Below, in pieces: positions 4,114 to 5,629 of a stretch of 5,629 nt of DNA (its first letter is position 1; each line of letters opens with the position of its first letter). A program made the translations under genes and the position numbers. The DNA is from Candidatus Woesearchaeota archaeon (GTDB lineage: Archaea; Nanobdellota; Nanobdellia; Nanobdellales; CAZNIQ01): the NCBI GenBank assembly GCA_964573185.1, contig CAZNIQ010000009.1:1-5629 (forward strand). Reading direction: 5' to 3'. The notes under the pieces were generated by a model. It was not told the DNA's origin. It did not search any database and was given only the letters and a program-made list of their open reading frames with translations.

Positions 4114-5588
4114 TGATATTTTCTTTCATAGCTTTTTTACTTTTCTTAACTTTAGCTGTCATTCTTTTCTTCGATTTGCGCTACTCCTTATTCTCTTTAC
4201 TAAAAAATGTAAAGATAAAAGAGTACCCTTCTTTAGATAAGAAAATAAATGTTGCAGTGATAATACCTGTCAAAAATGAAAAATTTGAAGTATTGAAAAA
4301 AAGAATAAATAATATAATGGAAATAAAAAATATCGAGTTTAAAGATGTTAATTTTTATTTTATTATTGTTGATGATACTGATTTTAAGAAATCTGAATCA
4401 AGAAAAATTTTAGATAAAATACCTGCAAAAATCTATTATTACAAGAATTTCTTGGTTTATGATTTTGGAAATTTTCATTATTTGTTTAGATTAAAAGGTA
4501 TTAAGATGAAAGGTCCAGCAGTGAATGATGCTGTTTTATATGCTAAAGAAAGATTCAATATCAAATATTTTGCTTTATATGATGTAGAGTGGACTATTAC
4601 TTTAGAATACATTGTAAAAGCTGTGAGAATTTTAGAAAATAGAAAAGATTTGTCTTTTGTTTTTTGGAACAGAAGAACTATTCCTTGGGACGGTTTCCAC
4701 AAAATTTTAGGTATATATGTTGATCATTTCTTCGAAACAACCTTATATGGAAAAACATATTTAGATGGTATATCTATGGCACATGGGTCTTGTGGTGTAT
4801 TTAGATTAAAAGATTTTCTTGAGTTTGGAGGATTTAAACCACATATAACTGAAGATGCTGAATTAACAGTAAGGATGTATTTGAATGGTAAAAGAGGGTT
4901 ATATATAAGAGACTGGATAGAATATGGACAAAATTTACCGGGAAATATTAATGTTTCTTTAAAAACGTATTTAAGATGGGCATATGGAACAATTGATGTT
5001 GTACTAACTTATTTTAAGGAAATATTATTTTCCAAAAAACTAAATTTAATGCAAAAGTTAAGTTTGATCCACATGTTTACGCATTTCTATTCATTTGCAA
5101 TAGCATTTTTCCTAATCCTTATAAATTACATAATATTAGCTTTTAGAATAGTTACGCCTGATTATTTCTACTTTGAGCAATTCTTTTTATGGATAACCCC
5201 TATCATAGTTTTGCTCCTAATTTTAGTTTATTTACCAACATACTATAGAATTTATGGAAAAATTAATATTACAGATCTATTGAAAGTAGTTATTTTAGGA
5301 TGGGGTTTATCTGTAATTCACATTTACGCTTTATTAAAAAGAATATTTATTGGAAAAGAAGAATGGGTTGTTACGAAAAAAATAAGAGAAAAAGAGAGGG
5401 TAAGGCAAGAAATATTTACAATCTATTCCATTATGTTTTTCTTGATTCTTCCCTTATTTATTATTTATTTAATAAGCAATGTTAAGTATCCTGGGAAGTT
5501 AATATTAGGAGGCCTATCTTACTTTATTTGGGTAGTTTCTTTATTATGGATATTAGTGAAACAAATAGAACATGAGGCTAGAATATAA
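4113..5588 (+). CDS. Membrane-integrated family-2 glycosyltransferase of the processive-synthase type (cellulose/chitin/NodC/PgaC-like architecture)
   Basis: 491 aa with an N-terminal TM helix. GT2 core motifs: VAVIIPVKNE; IIVDDTD (DD at 4371-4376); KGPAVNDA; FALYDVEW (D157 at 4581-4583); ITEDAELT (TED at 4848-4856); LPGN..SLKTYLRWAYG (RW at 4974-4979). About five C-terminal TM helices follow. It is translationally coupled to the upstream small membrane protein. Confidence 0.9.
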   Translation: MIFSFIAFLLFLTLAVILFFDLRYSLFSLLKNVKIKEYPSLDKKINVAVIIPVKNEKFEVLKKRINNIMEIKNIEFKDVNFYFIIVDDTDFKKSESRKILDKIPAKIYYYKNFLVYDFGNFHYLFRLKGIKMKGPAVNDAVLYAKERFNIKYFALYDVEWTITLEYIVKAVRILENRKDLSFVFWNRRTIPWDGFHKILGIYVDHFFETTLYGKTYLDGISMAHGSCGVFRLKDFLEFGGFKPHITEDAELTVRMYLNGKRGLYIRDWIEYGQNLPGNINVSLKTYLRWAYGTIDVVLTYFKEILFSKKLNLMQKLSLIHMFTHFYSFAIAFFLILINYIILAFRIVTPDYFYFEQFFLWITPIIVLLLILVYLPTYYRIYGKINITDLLKVVILGWGLSVIHIYALLKRIFIGKEEWVVTKKIREKERVRQEIFTIYSIMFFLILPLFIIYLISNVKYPGKLILGGLSYFIWVVSLLWILVKQIEHEARI

Positions 5589-5629
5589 ATTTCTCTGCAA
5601 GAAGATAATTTACTAAAAAAGCGCAGAGG

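Noticed and set aside
4478-4702. 74-aa minus-strand ORF inside the GT2 gene
   Set aside because: It is embedded antisense in a CDS with strong GT2 motifs, with no independent support.
5300-5485. 61-aa plus-strand ORF in an alternative frame inside the GT2 gene
   Set aside because: It is out of frame within the TM-rich C-terminus of the GT2. It is a K/R-rich frame artefact with no support.
5593-5629. CTCTGC(5593-5598)/GCAGAG(5623-5628) inverted repeat, plus A6 followed by GC-rich GCGCAGAGG at the window edge; on the minus strand this reads CCTCTGCGC-TTTTTT, like the 3' end of a structured RNA plus terminator
   Set aside because: Only a 6-bp stem with a 24-nt loop is present, and only 9 nt of the GC-rich segment are visible before the window ends. 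It cannot be called. Extending the sequence would be worthwhile.
1-5629. Searched by eye for CRISPR repeats, C/D-box sRNAs (RUGAUGA...CUGA pairs) and Orc1-binding ORB or mini-ORB elements
   Set aside because: There are no regularly spaced direct repeats. UGAUGA occurrences (for example 42-47, 1020-1025, 4373-4378) lack correctly spaced D/D' boxes and mostly lie in coding sequence. Only isolated partial GTGGAAAC-like matches were found (for example the minus strand around 4690-4700, inside the GT2 CDS), with no inverted pair flanking an unwinding element.

Overview
No searches were run; every call comes from reading motifs in the sequence. The window is very AT-rich, roughly 70% A+T by eye. 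It carries one strikingly GC-rich tRNA, as expected for a low-GC hyperthermophilic archaeon, possibly crenarchaeal. Supporting signs are an Orc1/Cdc6 homolog, a canonical Tat signal, and TATA-like boxes centred about 24-27 nt upstream of several ATGs, which suggests leaderless mRNAs. Layout, left to right: (1) the 3' end of an unidentified CDS (1-74); (2) a frameshifted small hypothetical gene (103-464); (3) a tRNA-Met(CAT) with initiator-type features (523-597); (4) a 5'-truncated Orc1/Cdc6 remnant that keeps only the lid and winged-helix part (about 763-1467); (5) an intact minus-strand gene fusing a single-HKD PLD-family nuclease domain to a C-terminal EVE/PUA-like modified-base-reader domain (1477-2508), the most interesting object here and a candidate modification-dependent restriction or defence nuclease; (6) a decayed ORF with three in-frame stops and one frameshift whose pieces resemble a LAGLIDADG homing-endonuclease core (2548-2989); (7) a tightly coupled three-gene operon (3056-5588) encoding a Tat-signal protein with a Thr-periodic stalk, a 97-aa polytopic membrane protein, and a membrane-integrated GT2 glycosyltransferase with processive-synthase-type motifs (DD, TED, RW). 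No CRISPR array, rRNA or convincing C/D-box sRNA was seen. The stretch from the tRNA to about 2989 looks like mobile-DNA debris surrounding one intact defence-like gene.
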